63,188 nt of DNA from a virus. The notes beneath the pieces are model-generated. The model was given only the letters and a program-made list of their open reading frames with translations, made no database searches and had not been told where the DNA came from. This document shows positions 33,858 to 40,769 of the stretch, in pieces. The stretch lies in the IMG/VR virus record IMGVR_UViG_3300045988_166537; one strand, given 5' to 3'. The position numbers were made by a program, and so were the translations under genes. Numbering within the stretch: the stretch's first letter is position 1; every line of letters starts with the position of its first letter.

Positions 33858-34139
33858 TTATGTAAGATTCATATAAAAACGTTTATAATATGTCATTGTC
33901 TTGGTAGTTATATGAATGTATACCCTGGCACAGGGCGCAATGCCGATATACGATTCATACCCAAAATAATCAGTCAGCATAACCATGTCTCGAATAGTTA
34001 CTCTTGAATCGCCCCGCAACTTACTTTTCGCAGTAGATAAATTTACTTGCCAGATATCAGCTAGTTGTTGATATGTTAAATGCAATTTTTTCTTCATATC
34101 GAGCAGTACATCTATAAGTTTTTCTGTTTCCGTATCCAT
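33858..34139 (-). CDS. XRE-like HTH protein (93 aa)
   Basis: Trimmed to the ATG at 34139 after AGGAGGGA. 'LTYQQLADIWQVNLSTAKSKLRG' is HTH-like. Confidence 0.6.
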   Translation of the reverse strand: MDTETEKLIDVLLDMKKKLHLTYQQLADIWQVNLSTAKSKLRGDSRVTIRDMVMLTDYFGYESYIGIAPCARVYIHITTKTMTYYKRFYMNLT

Positions 34140-34140
34140 T

Positions 34141-34500
34141 TCAAATATCCCTCCTGTCAAAACAGGTCTCCCATCTTGCTCTTGGTAATGGCTTCATCCG
34201 TAATGCATGCATGATTTGCCTTACTGTCACTGTGGGATAATGTCCATCACTACGCAATCCGGCACGGTCATCAAAAAATTGCTTAAACCCTTCTGCAAGA
34301 TATATGCTATCTACCAACCAGGGATCTATCTCACCCCACCAAGTTCGCTTTGTATCAGGGTCGTATCTTTGCTGGATGACCGCCAATCCCAGATTCTCTA
34401 TCAAATATAAAGTACATCGATCATATACCGGATGATCACAAGCATATATAACCCCATACATAGATGTATAGTGTCTTGGCTTTTCATAGTGATATCTCAT
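34141..34500 (-). CDS. Hypothetical protein (119 aa)
   Basis: Track ORF with a TAGGAGGAAAAC SD. Confidence 0.7.
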   Translation of the reverse strand: MRYHYEKPRHYTSMYGVIYACDHPVYDRCTLYLIENLGLAVIQQRYDPDTKRTWWGEIDPWLVDSIYLAEGFKQFFDDRAGLRSDGHYPTVTVRQIMHALRMKPLPRARWETCFDRRDI

Positions 34501-34510
34501 GTTTTCCTCC

Positions 34511-34549
34511 TAAAATAAAAAGAAAGAGCCCTTGCTAAGAGCCCTCTCT
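34511..34549 (-). terminator. Intrinsic terminator after 34569..34952
   Basis: Minus RNA reads AGAGGGCUCUU-AGC-AAGGGCUCUUU followed by CUUUUUAUUUUA. Confidence 0.7.
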
Positions 34550-34568
34550 CATTTTGGTTCTGTCCTAA

Positions 34569-34952
34569 TTACTTTCTTTTAAAACTTGTGATTTCTCTCC
34601 ACGCCTGCTTTCCAGATTCAGTTGAAGCGATATTTCCTTCTGTCTCAAATTTGACATTTGTTATGACCCCCCAGATCAAAAGACCAGCATTAGCCAGTAT
34701 TCCAATTCCTGTCAGAGCATGTCCGATCCATCTACTGTGCTTTTCAGATTTATCTGATTCAGCTTTAAGCGCAAGCTCAGCTTCACTCTTAGCTCTATCA
34801 GCCTCAATCTTCTCAAGCTCAATGTATTTGTCGGTAAGCTCTCCAATTCCTCGAACTGCTGGATTGTAGTCTTCTGAATTCATGTCGATATCATTCAAAG
34901 CATCAATCTCTTCCAGAATCTCACCTTTTAACTTCTCCTTAACTTCCTGCAT
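34569..34952 (-). CDS. Coiled-coil membrane protein (127 aa)
   Basis: Track ORF with an AAGGAGGAT SD. The TM segment reads 'LTGIGILANAGLLIWGVI'. Confidence 0.75.
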   Translation of the reverse strand: MQEVKEKLKGEILEEIDALNDIDMNSEDYNPAVRGIGELTDKYIELEKIEADRAKSEAELALKAESDKSEKHSRWIGHALTGIGILANAGLLIWGVITNVKFETEGNIASTESGKQAWREITSFKRK

Positions 34953-34992
34953 AGTAAAATCCTCCTTAAAAATATAATTTTCCTACATTACC

Positions 34993-35018
34993 ATAATAGG
35001 ACCTGTTATTTGCGCGAA
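34993..35018 (-). promoter_or_regulatory. Conserved promoter-like element, copy 11
   Basis: Minus strand reads TTCGCG CAAATAACAGGTCC TATTAT. The TTCGCG lies within the last codons of 35006..35230. Confidence 0.7.
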
Positions 35019-35230
35019 TCGTCTCTGAGTAAAATGATACGTTTCTTGTCCAATAAAAGCTTATTTGTTGGAATCATAACATGTACTGAATATTGCTCTG
35101 GCTCATTCTCTGGGTCTGTCTGTTCCATTGAAAAACACCCATATACAGTCTTTCTGTTGCGTATATACTTTTCAATACAAGTTCCTACAATAGTCCCAAT
35201 GGCTATTACTACACAATCTAACCACCACAT
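35006..35230 (-). CDS. Small membrane protein (74 aa)
   Basis: Track ORF with a GGAAGGAGGGGG SD and an N-terminal TM segment. Confidence 0.7.
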   Translation of the reverse strand: MWWLDCVVIAIGTIVGTCIEKYIRNRKTVYGCFSMEQTDPENEPEQYSVHVMIPTNKLLLDKKRIILLRDDSRK

Positions 35231-35291
35231 ACTATCCCCCTCCTTCCTATGGTTATATAAATATATATTATTTCTCCGTCACCTGTGTACG

Positions 35292-35326
35292 GAAAATAAA
35301 AGGAAGAGCCTCTTAAGACTCCTCCT
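35292..35326 (-). terminator. Intrinsic terminator after 35313..35558
   Basis: Minus RNA reads GGAGGAGUCUU-AAGAGGCUCUUCC followed by UUUUAUUUUC. The stop codon lies inside the stem. Confidence 0.6.
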
Positions 35327-35558
35327 CTATAAATATAACTGATCCTTGAATTTTTGTTTTATACAATGTTTTTCCTAGAAGTTTTGCCATTCTATTTGCT
35401 GAAATAATTGTGGTGCAGGTTATGCAAACCTTATCAGCCCCCACGAAAGTTTCGTCCATTCCATAAATCGTAAACTTTCTGGAGTTGATGAAATCACATA
35501 TATCAACCGCAAAAATCGTATCTGCAAAAATTGTAATGTTTTTCTTTCTATTAAACAT
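35313..35558 (-). CDS. Hypothetical protein (81 aa)
   Basis: Track ORF with an AAGGAGGAG SD. Confidence 0.7.
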   Translation of the reverse strand: MFNRKKNITIFADTIFAVDICDFINSRKFTIYGMDETFVGADKVCITCTTIISANRMAKLLGKTLYKTKIQGSVIFIEEES

Positions 35559-35598
35559 AACTACTCCTCCTTAAATAAAAAATCTTAATCAATATTTC

Positions 35599-35624
35599 AT
35601 TATAGGAGTTGTTATTCTCGCGAA
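35599..35624 (-). promoter_or_regulatory. Conserved promoter-like element, copy 12
   Basis: Minus strand reads TTCGCG AGAATAACAACTCC TATAAT. It starts inside the U tract of the preceding terminator. Confidence 0.7.
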
Positions 35625-35654
35625 AATAAAAAGAGGACTCCATGTGGAATCCTC
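35622..35654 (-). terminator. Intrinsic terminator after 35662..35838
   Basis: Minus RNA reads GAGGAUUCCA-CA-UGGAGUCCUC followed by UUUUUAUUUUC. Confidence 0.7.
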
Positions 35655-35661
35655 GTCTTTT

Positions 35662-35838
35662 CTACTTACTATAAATCTTCTCTTCAAGTCCTGCTACCGT
35701 TCCCTGTAATTCTATCAATGTGTCTGTAAGTAACTCGATTAATTCGTCCTGAGCTTTAACCTTAGTCTCCAACTCACTTACTTTCCCAATTAACTTGCCT
35801 ACTTCGCATTTTAACTTGATATAATTATTCTCGTCCAT
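35662..35838 (-). CDS. Coiled-coil protein (58 aa), not in the ORF track
   Basis: ATG at 35838 after AAGGAGGAA and TAG at 35662. Heptad-like 'KVSELETKVKAQDELIELL' is present. Confidence 0.6.
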   Translation of the reverse strand: MDENNYIKLKCEVGKLIGKVSELETKVKAQDELIELLTDTLIELQGTVAGLEEKIYSK

Positions 35839-35873
35839 AATAGTTTCCTCCTTAAATGAAAGTTTATTGTTTC

Positions 35874-35899
35874 ATTATAGGAGCTGTAGATTACGCGAA
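35874..35899 (-). promoter_or_regulatory. Conserved promoter-like element, copy 13
   Basis: Minus strand reads TTCGCG TAATCTACAGCTCC TATAAT. Confidence 0.7.
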
Positions 35900-35901
35900 T
35901 A

Positions 35902-36048
35902 TTATTTGTTAGTTTTTGTGTAATGACGTTCTGCTATAGCTCGCTTCTCACCATCAAAATATGCATATCGCAATATTATCTCAGTATCGGTTTCTATGCG
36001 TCCGCCAGTTAGCTTGTCGTCAGTTGTTACATCTTTATTACACATCAT
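35902..36048 (-). CDS. Hypothetical protein (48 aa), not in the ORF track
   Basis: ATG at 36048 after GGAGGTGA and TAA at 35902. It is preceded by a canonical SigA-type promoter. Confidence 0.45.
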   Translation of the reverse strand: MMCNKDVTTDDKLTGGRIETDTEIILRYAYFDGEKRAIAERHYTKTNK

Positions 36049-36072
36049 ATAATCACCTCCTAGTGTATCGTG

Positions 36073-36100
36073 ATTATAACATCATACAGATAAAAGACAA
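36073..36100 (-). promoter_or_regulatory. Canonical sigma-70/SigA-type promoter
   Basis: Minus strand reads TTGTCT, 16 nt, then TATAAT, with a TGT immediately upstream (TGTTATAAT, an extended -10). It lacks the TTCGCG element. Confidence 0.5.
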
Positions 36101-36112
36101 GACTTGGCAACA

Positions 36113-36152
36113 GGAAAAAACAAAGGAGTTGTTAAAAATATCAACAACCCCT
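36113..36152 (-). terminator. Intrinsic terminator after 36165..36458
   Basis: Minus RNA reads AGGGGUUGUUGA-UAUUU-UUAACAACUCCU followed by UUGUUUUUUCC. Confidence 0.7.
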
Positions 36153-36164
36153 CTGCACTGCATC

Positions 36165-36458
36165 TTATAGTATTATCTCATACATACCTTTCTCGTAAGC
36201 ATTATATATTATTATTGGTGGTAGTCTCCTACCATCAAATTCAATATTCACCTCTAATCCGTCCACAGTTCTTGGTTTTATGACTGTTGTTGTCTTTCCA
36301 TCTGGATCAATAACAACCACTCCCCAATAGTCCAGACCATCTACAAAGCAAATATCGAATCTCTGATATTCGTCTACCCAATCAATGTTTAATCCGATAC
36401 CTACGTGCGTAGATTTCTGCGATACTGTTACAAATGTTGCCTTGTTTACTGCTTCCAT
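36165..36458 (-). CDS. Hypothetical protein (97 aa)
   Basis: Track ORF with an AAGGAGGAA SD. Confidence 0.7.
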   Translation of the reverse strand: MEAVNKATFVTVSQKSTHVGIGLNIDWVDEYQRFDICFVDGLDYWGVVVIDPDGKTTTVIKPRTVDGLEVNIEFDGRRLPPIIIYNAYEKGMYEIIL

Positions 36459-36484
36459 AACAATTCCTCCTTTGTTTTTTATTC

Positions 36485-36510
36485 ATATAAGAGGTTGTTA
36501 TTTTCGCGTC
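36485..36510 (-). promoter_or_regulatory. Conserved promoter-like element, copy 14 (variant)
   Basis: Minus strand reads GACGCG AAAATAACAACCTC TTATAT. The CGCG lies within the last codons of 36498..36917. Confidence 0.55.
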
Positions 36511-36917
36511 TTATTTAGTATCCAGAAGAACTTTCTGTATCTATCGTAATACGTATCTTTTGAACAAGGGATGCTCATACGGGTAACCAACGTATTGTAC
36601 GGCACCCCCTCTGTCACACCATATAAAATATAATCGGCAAGTTCATCATCCGCCTGCTCAGCCGCATCTCTTACAAGGTTCATACGTTCTGAGAAAAACG
36701 CTTTTGCCTCAGCGCACTTCGCTGTCGGATCACCATGTATATACGTTCTACCTATACTTGCGAGTGCATCTGGTCTTTGACTTAACCCGTTCAGTGAAAT
36801 ATATGCACTATGCCATATAGGATATTGCAAACAAAAATGCTTGAGTTCATAGTATCTGTGCTTCTCAATCCAATACTTACTATTTTGTGAAATATTAGCT
36901 CTTATTGTTGTACTCAT
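36498..36917 (-). CDS. Putative transcription regulator (sigma region-4 / RinA-ArpU-like), 139 aa
   Basis: Trimmed to the ATG at 36917. 'KYWIEKHRYYELKHFCLQYPIW' and the C-terminal 'YNTLVTRMSIPCSKDTYYDRYRKFFW' resemble phage late-activator families. The call is weak. Confidence 0.35.
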   Translation of the reverse strand: MSTTIRANISQNSKYWIEKHRYYELKHFCLQYPIWHSAYISLNGLSQRPDALASIGRTYIHGDPTAKCAEAKAFFSERMNLVRDAAEQADDELADYILYGVTEGVPYNTLVTRMSIPCSKDTYYDRYRKFFWILNKTRK

Positions 36918-37183
36918 ATCTTTCGTTCCCCCTTCCAAACATATCCCGTCTCTTCATACAATTTCTTTGGAGAAATATAGAAGTTGATACGTCCATGACT
37001 TATCCTTAGATCATCCAGTTCTGTTACAACTTTTCCATCTCGAGTCGCTATCCCTATTGGTAGCCACCCTTTGATAATCCCAGCACGAACCCAAGTAGCA
37101 TCTTTATGATATACTTTGGCTGCCACAGCTACTGGGACCGATCCAGCTGTGAATTCAATTATCTTTTCTTCTGTACCATCCAT
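36914..37183 (-). CDS. Small HTH DNA-binding protein (Xis/regulator-like), 89 aa
   Basis: Trimmed to the ATG at 37183 after AAAGGAGGT. 'VAVAAKVYHKDATWVRAGIIKGWLPIGIA' is HTH-like. Confidence 0.5.
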   Translation of the reverse strand: MDGTEEKIIEFTAGSVPVAVAAKVYHKDATWVRAGIIKGWLPIGIATRDGKVVTELDDLRISHGRINFYISPKKLYEETGYVWKGERKI

Positions 37184-37263
37184 CTGAGTACCTCCTTTCA
37201 CCCACAATTCTAGGCTACCAAATACCAGTTTGTTAAACGGACTCAAGTGGTAAAATTTTCCAG

Positions 37264-37587
37264 CTATTTGTCTTTTCCAAAATCTTTCTTCCATTCCTTG
37301 ATGGTCGTCTCTGTTGGATAGTCCTCAAACCCTAAAGTGTCCGGCGTGATCAGTCCTTCGACTACTCCATTGATAATCTCCGCCTCATATTGTTTGAAAG
37401 GGAAAATATCTTCGGTAATACTTCTGTGCACTTTGCCACAAACCCTACACTTGTAGCGCTTTATGTCTATATATCTGCTTTTATGCCCCTGCAACCGTAC
37501 TATACGCTTGATTTTATCGTAATATCGTAGTTCTCCCCCACATTCTGGACAAAATTTTGCTCCGTCAAGAATCATAAAATACCCCAT
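37264..37587 (-). CDS. Zinc-ribbon protein (107 aa)
   Basis: 'CPECGGEL...CRVCGK' is present. It is divergent from the integrase gene. Confidence 0.65.
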   Translation of the reverse strand: MGYFMILDGAKFCPECGGELRYYDKIKRIVRLQGHKSRYIDIKRYKCRVCGKVHRSITEDIFPFKQYEAEIINGVVEGLITPDTLGFEDYPTETTIKEWKKDFGKDK

Positions 37588-37704
37588 TTTTCTAATCTAG
37601 GATACGAAATGGAACCCTAAATTTCGGCAATTGTACTAATTGTAAGATCGTACATCTTAGTATATGCTAACACCCACAATCTTACTCAGAGAGGAGAAAT
37701 AAAA

Positions 37705-38934
37705 ATGCTTATAAAGTGTCCTGAATGCGAACTACAAGTGAGTGATAAGGCAATGAATTGTCCACATTGCGGATATCCCATAACAAGCAGTACTCCTGTT
37801 AGGAAAACTTCAAAAAAGAAACACCCGAAACTGCCAAATGGTTTTGGACAGATCTCGGAATTGAGTGACTCAAGACTTAGAAATAAATATAGAGTAATGG
37901 TTACCGTAGGACGGGATACTGTAACTATGAGATATAAGACAAAAATACTAGGCTATTACCCAACATATAACAAAGCCTATGCTGCCTTGGTGGAATATAA
38001 TAAAAATCCGTATGATCTGGATAATGATATTACCGTTGCTGAATTATATGAAAAATGGTCCACTCAGTATTTTGAAGAATTAAAAAGCCCATCGAGTGAA
38101 CGTACAATAAAAGCCGCTTGGAATTATTGTTCATCTATCTATAATATGAAAGCTCGAAATGTACGTGCAAGACATATTAAGGGATGTATGACCGATGGTA
38201 TATACGAATATCGCGGTCAGATAAGGCATGCCTCCCCCGAAACCCAAAGTCGAATTAAATCCATGTTTAATCTGATGTTTGATTATGCATTGGAATACGA
38301 GATTGCAGATAGAAATTATGCCAGAACCTTCAACATTCCTGATGATGTACAAAAGGCAAAAACAAAACAAACCTCGGGGCATATACCATTTACCCAGGAA
38401 GAAATGGATAAACTCTGGGACAACTTGTATAAGGTGCCGTACATTGATATAGTCATAATTCAATGTTATTCAGGATGGCGTCCTCAAGAATTAGGGTTAA
38501 TTAAACTCGAAAATGTAGATCTTGAAAACGGATACATGATTGGTGGCATGAAAACTGAAGCTGGTGAAAATAGAACGGTTCCAATTCATTCAAAAATAAA
38601 AGAACTTGTCGTAGCAAGATATAACCAAGCTAAGGATATGGGGAGCGAATATTTGTTAAATTGTACAGACACCGTAACGCATAGGTATTCTTGGAAATTA
38701 ACATATGATAAATATAGGCATCGGTTTGACAAGATTCGTGATCAGTTAGAACTTAATCCAGATCACAGAGCGCATGACCCAAGAAAACATTTTGTAACTA
38801 TGGCTAAAAAAGCTGAAGTAGATCAATACGCGATCAAGTACATTGTAGGGCATAAGATAAATGACATAACAGAGCGTGTATATACACAAAGAGAACCTGA
38901 GTGGTTGAAAAATGAAATAGAAAAAATAAAATAG
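37705..38934 (+). CDS. int: Tyrosine integrase with an N-terminal zinc ribbon (409 aa)
   Basis: The N-terminus reads 'CPECE...CPHCGYP'. The C-terminal catalytic region reads 'RAHDPRKHFVT...GHKINDITERVYT' (R..HxxR..Y pattern). A GAGAGGAGAAA SD is present. Confidence 0.85.
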   Translation: MLIKCPECELQVSDKAMNCPHCGYPITSSTPVRKTSKKKHPKLPNGFGQISELSDSRLRNKYRVMVTVGRDTVTMRYKTKILGYYPTYNKAYAALVEYNKNPYDLDNDITVAELYEKWSTQYFEELKSPSSERTIKAAWNYCSSIYNMKARNVRARHIKGCMTDGIYEYRGQIRHASPETQSRIKSMFNLMFDYALEYEIADRNYARTFNIPDDVQKAKTKQTSGHIPFTQEEMDKLWDNLYKVPYIDIVIIQCYSGWRPQELGLIKLENVDLENGYMIGGMKTEAGENRTVPIHSKIKELVVARYNQAKDMGSEYLLNCTDTVTHRYSWKLTYDKYRHRFDKIRDQLELNPDHRAHDPRKHFVTMAKKAEVDQYAIKYIVGHKINDITERVYTQREPEWLKNEIEKIK

Positions 38935-38947
38935 GATGCGATTTTGC

Positions 38948-39023
38948 TGTACGAATAATGTTGTAGGAACAGTGTAGGAATATTGTACGAATAGACTACT
39001 ATTTTGTACTTTTTATTCCTACA
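38948..39023. other. Candidate attP arm-type integrase-binding repeats
   Basis: TGTACGAATA occurs at 38948 and 38984. TGTAGGAA occurs at 38962 and 38973, spaced 11-14 bp. The inverted TTCCTACA lies at 39016. All sit in the non-coding gap between int and the endolysin. Confidence 0.5.
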
Positions 39024-39190
39024 CCATACCATTAAAAAGCCTTATTTTAAGCCAAATATTAGAACTTACCAGCGTTAGCAGCTTCCTCAACAGATGCTGT
39101 AAGTCCTTTATTTTCAACGATTGTAGGCGTTAATAGTATGCATATTGTAATAATACACCACTTTTTACCCCATTTTGATGCTATCGTTGA

Positions 39191-40111
39191 CTATCTAGCC
39201 ATCAATTCATTGACTCGCTTCTGGATCTTTTCCGGGTCGTATCCAGCTTTCTTGAGCTTGGTCTTGCGCTCTTCGCCGTTCCCCCATTTACCGGCAATTA
39301 CCTCTCGTGCAATCTCGTCGGTAGACTTTACATGAGAAGCCTTTACCTGCTTGTTGACTTCATTCTGCACCTTATTGTAGTCGTATCCAGCCTTAGTCAA
39401 CTTCGACTTTCTAACGTCGCCGTTCCCCCATTTGCCTGCGAGGACTTCCTTTGCTATCGTTGCAATGGACTTCTTCTTTGTGGTTGGTTTGGTTGTTGAC
39501 GAAACTGCGGTCTTAACTCCTGCATATTTCTGCCATGTCGTCTTAGATATGTATGCCTTGTTGAGGTCAAGATCGCCATTATAGCCGTCGAGTCGTCCAT
39601 GGGAAGAGTACTGCCTGATAATGCAGTTATAAGAGCCTTCATTCCAAGGAGTCTTCTGGAATCCAGTATCGTTATCATCTGCATACTGAGCTATCCAGAG
39701 TGGGTATCCAGCAGACTTAACTCTATCCATCGATGACTTCTGAATATATATGAAAGGTTTGATCCCCGTCCGCTTATGGACATAGTTGCACCATGACTCG
39801 CACCACTCTGTATCATCTCTGCCAAATCTAGGATTGTTGTCGGCTTCCCAATCAAGGGCTATGATCCCCTTACCTATGAACTTCTTTATCTTACCTAAGA
39901 AGAAATCTGCCTCCTTCTTGACGTCCCCTCCATTTGCATAGTGATACATACCCAGTAAGCGTCCAAGTTTGAGCGTCTTGTTAGCATGGTCATTGAAACA
40001 CCTATTGAAGTAGTCTGATCCCTCGGTAGCCTTGACTATTATAAAGTCACAAGCCACCTTAGAGAGGTTAATGCCATCCTGATGCGCTGATATATCTATT
40101 CCATTCATCAA
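39191..40111 (-). CDS. Endolysin: GH25 muramidase with two CW_7 (Cpl-7-type) cell-wall-binding repeats (306 aa)
   Basis: The N-terminus 'GIDISAHQDGINL...DFIIVKATEG' is GH25-like. The C-terminal duplicate reads 'IAKEVLAGKWGNGDVRKSKLTKAGYDYNKVQNEVN' / 'IAREVIAGKWGNGEERKTKLKKAGYDPEKIQKRVN'. Confidence 0.85.
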   Translation of the reverse strand: MMNGIDISAHQDGINLSKVACDFIIVKATEGSDYFNRCFNDHANKTLKLGRLLGMYHYANGGDVKKEADFFLGKIKKFIGKGIIALDWEADNNPRFGRDDTEWCESWCNYVHKRTGIKPFIYIQKSSMDRVKSAGYPLWIAQYADDNDTGFQKTPWNEGSYNCIIRQYSSHGRLDGYNGDLDLNKAYISKTTWQKYAGVKTAVSSTTKPTTKKKSIATIAKEVLAGKWGNGDVRKSKLTKAGYDYNKVQNEVNKQVKASHVKSTDEIAREVIAGKWGNGEERKTKLKKAGYDPEKIQKRVNELMAR

Positions 40112-40419
40112 AAATCACTCTCCTTTTTCCAAAAGCGCTTGAACATTTCTATGAGTTTTTCCCAACCGAACATGCAAATATAAGCAATAAGAAAAGATGC
40201 AAACAGAATAGCTACCGGGTAATACCACATGAGTGCGATATTATAATATGAAAGAACCCCAAATAAAAAGACCTCACATACAATGATGCTCGTGATGAGT
40301 ACCTGTAGTGAGGTTGGTATCTTTTTAAGGAATCCTAATTCCTTTGTAAACTGTGTGATGACTGTGATCACAGTGCATATAATCGCAACTGCGATAAGTA
40401 ATAATGAAATTTTCTCCAT
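40108..40419 (-). CDS. Putative holin (103 aa, 3 TM)
   Basis: It has three hydrophobic helices and a charged C-terminus. An ATGA overlap joins it to the endolysin start. Confidence 0.6.
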   Translation of the reverse strand: MEKISLLLIAVAIICTVITVITQFTKELGFLKKIPTSLQVLITSIIVCEVFLFGVLSYYNIALMWYYPVAILFASFLIAYICMFGWEKLIEMFKRFWKKESDF

Positions 40420-40425
40420 TTTAAT

Positions 40426-40749
40426 CTACTCCTTTCCGTGATCATTTGGCGTAATGGGGAGTTTGTCAATCTCATCCATAACCCGCTCGGCAGTACCATT
40501 ACCGCCAAGTTTTTTATAGGGCTCATATAAATAATTCTTGAGATTGTCATACTCGTCCATCGTTATATATGTAGGCGAACGTGCAAGATAACTTTTTCCT
40601 AAGTACAATATCCGGTCATGCGCCAAGCCCATCAGCATTTCTGACTGAGCGTCTTTTTTATCTGATTTTTTAAGCAAAAACGCCCATAATCCAGATGACG
40701 CCAGTACCGCAACGATGACAGGCACTATTATATGTATCAATATGCTCAT
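40426..40749 (-). CDS. Lysis-cassette membrane protein (107 aa), possible holin or antiholin
   Basis: It has a single N-terminal TM segment. It lies between the fibre genes and the holin. Confidence 0.4.
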   Translation of the reverse strand: MSILIHIIVPVIVAVLASSGLWAFLLKKSDKKDAQSEMLMGLAHDRILYLGKSYLARSPTYITMDEYDNLKNYLYEPYKKLGGNGTAERVMDEIDKLPITPNDHGKE

Positions 40750-40769
40750 ATCTTTCTATCCTTTCCGAC

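Noticed and set aside
39138-39335. Plus-strand 65-aa ORF
   Set aside because: It is antisense to the 3' end of the endolysin gene, has no SD, and has a hydrophobic shadow-like composition.
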